Of a stretch of DNA of 64,000 nt, positions 63,848 to 64,000 are shown piece after piece (position 1 is the stretch's first letter; each line of letters starts with the position of its first letter). The notes below the pieces were generated by a model. That model made no database searches. It saw only the letters and a list, made by a program, of their open reading frames with translations, and was not told the DNA's origin. A program made the position numbers and the translations under genes. Source of the stretch: Parcubacteria group bacterium (GTDB taxonomy: Bacteria; Patescibacteriota; Minisyncoccia; UBA10092); contig JACPLW010000012.1 in assembly GCA_016186325.1 (NCBI GenBank), forward strand, positions 18,644 through 82,643, read 5' to 3'.

Positions 63848-64000
63848 ATGAGTAGATTTCGCTTTATTAGTACGACTTGGCTCAACGCGTTACCGCGCTT
63901 ACACCTGTCGCCTATCAACCTCGTAATCTTCGAGGAAGCTCTTGGGACTTTCGTCCCATCGATACCTAATCTTGGAGATTGCTTCGCGCTTAGATGCTTT
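63848..64000 (-). rRNA. rrl: 23S ribosomal RNA, 3'-terminal fragment (continues beyond window)
   Basis: Minus strand 'AAAGCAUCUAAGCGCGAAGC..GGUUGAUAGGCGACAGGUGUAAGCGCGGUAACGCGUUGAGCCAAGUCGUACUAAUAAAGCG' matches 23S domain VI/3' end. Confidence 0.85.

Overview
This is a low-GC (~35%) window with compact, overlapping genes, and the gene content looks like Patescibacteria/CPR (inference from content, not from any database hit). Housekeeping genes present are proS(3' end)-mreB-mreC-mreD-pbp2-greA-lysS-serS-ftsQ, obg, dnaX, sodA, def-fmt, rplI, rpmA, gltX-murG-ftsW, mraY-dacA, scpBA, aspS, prfB (with the canonical +1 frameshift), lepA, murJ, rnhA, a dnaQ-like exonuclease and rodA. RNA genes are six tRNAs (Leu-Lys-Met cluster, Gln, Thr-Gly), an RNase P RNA not called by the ORF track, and the 5S plus 3' end of 23S rRNA at the right edge, all with intrinsic terminators. 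The most unusual content is several families of short terminal-inverted-repeat or palindromic elements. (1) A ~95-100 bp AT-rich cassette with conserved CCCGTTAGAAAT termini sits exactly at gene junctions with a duplicated ATGAA start codon. (2) A 57-bp GC-rich relative is present in tandem and in frame inside a glycosyltransferase gene. (3) A 23-bp palindrome encodes 'MSDIN' in frame in two paralogous GT39 genes. (4) A GC-rich element encodes '..AKATEGK' in frame in three proteins. (5) A 20-bp-TIR element carries a GIY-YIG nuclease gene and has a miniature derivative elsewhere. Two GC-rich islands behind consensus TTGACA-N16-TATAAT promoters look like unidentified structured ncRNAs (~160 nt and ~520 nt). 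An accessory island interrupts the cell-wall gene cluster and contains a NYN nuclease, a Zn-ribbon protein, a repeat-containing membrane protein, lexA and a type II R-M pair. A higher-GC block (secreted protein, dCMP deaminase, metzincin protease) may be horizontally acquired.
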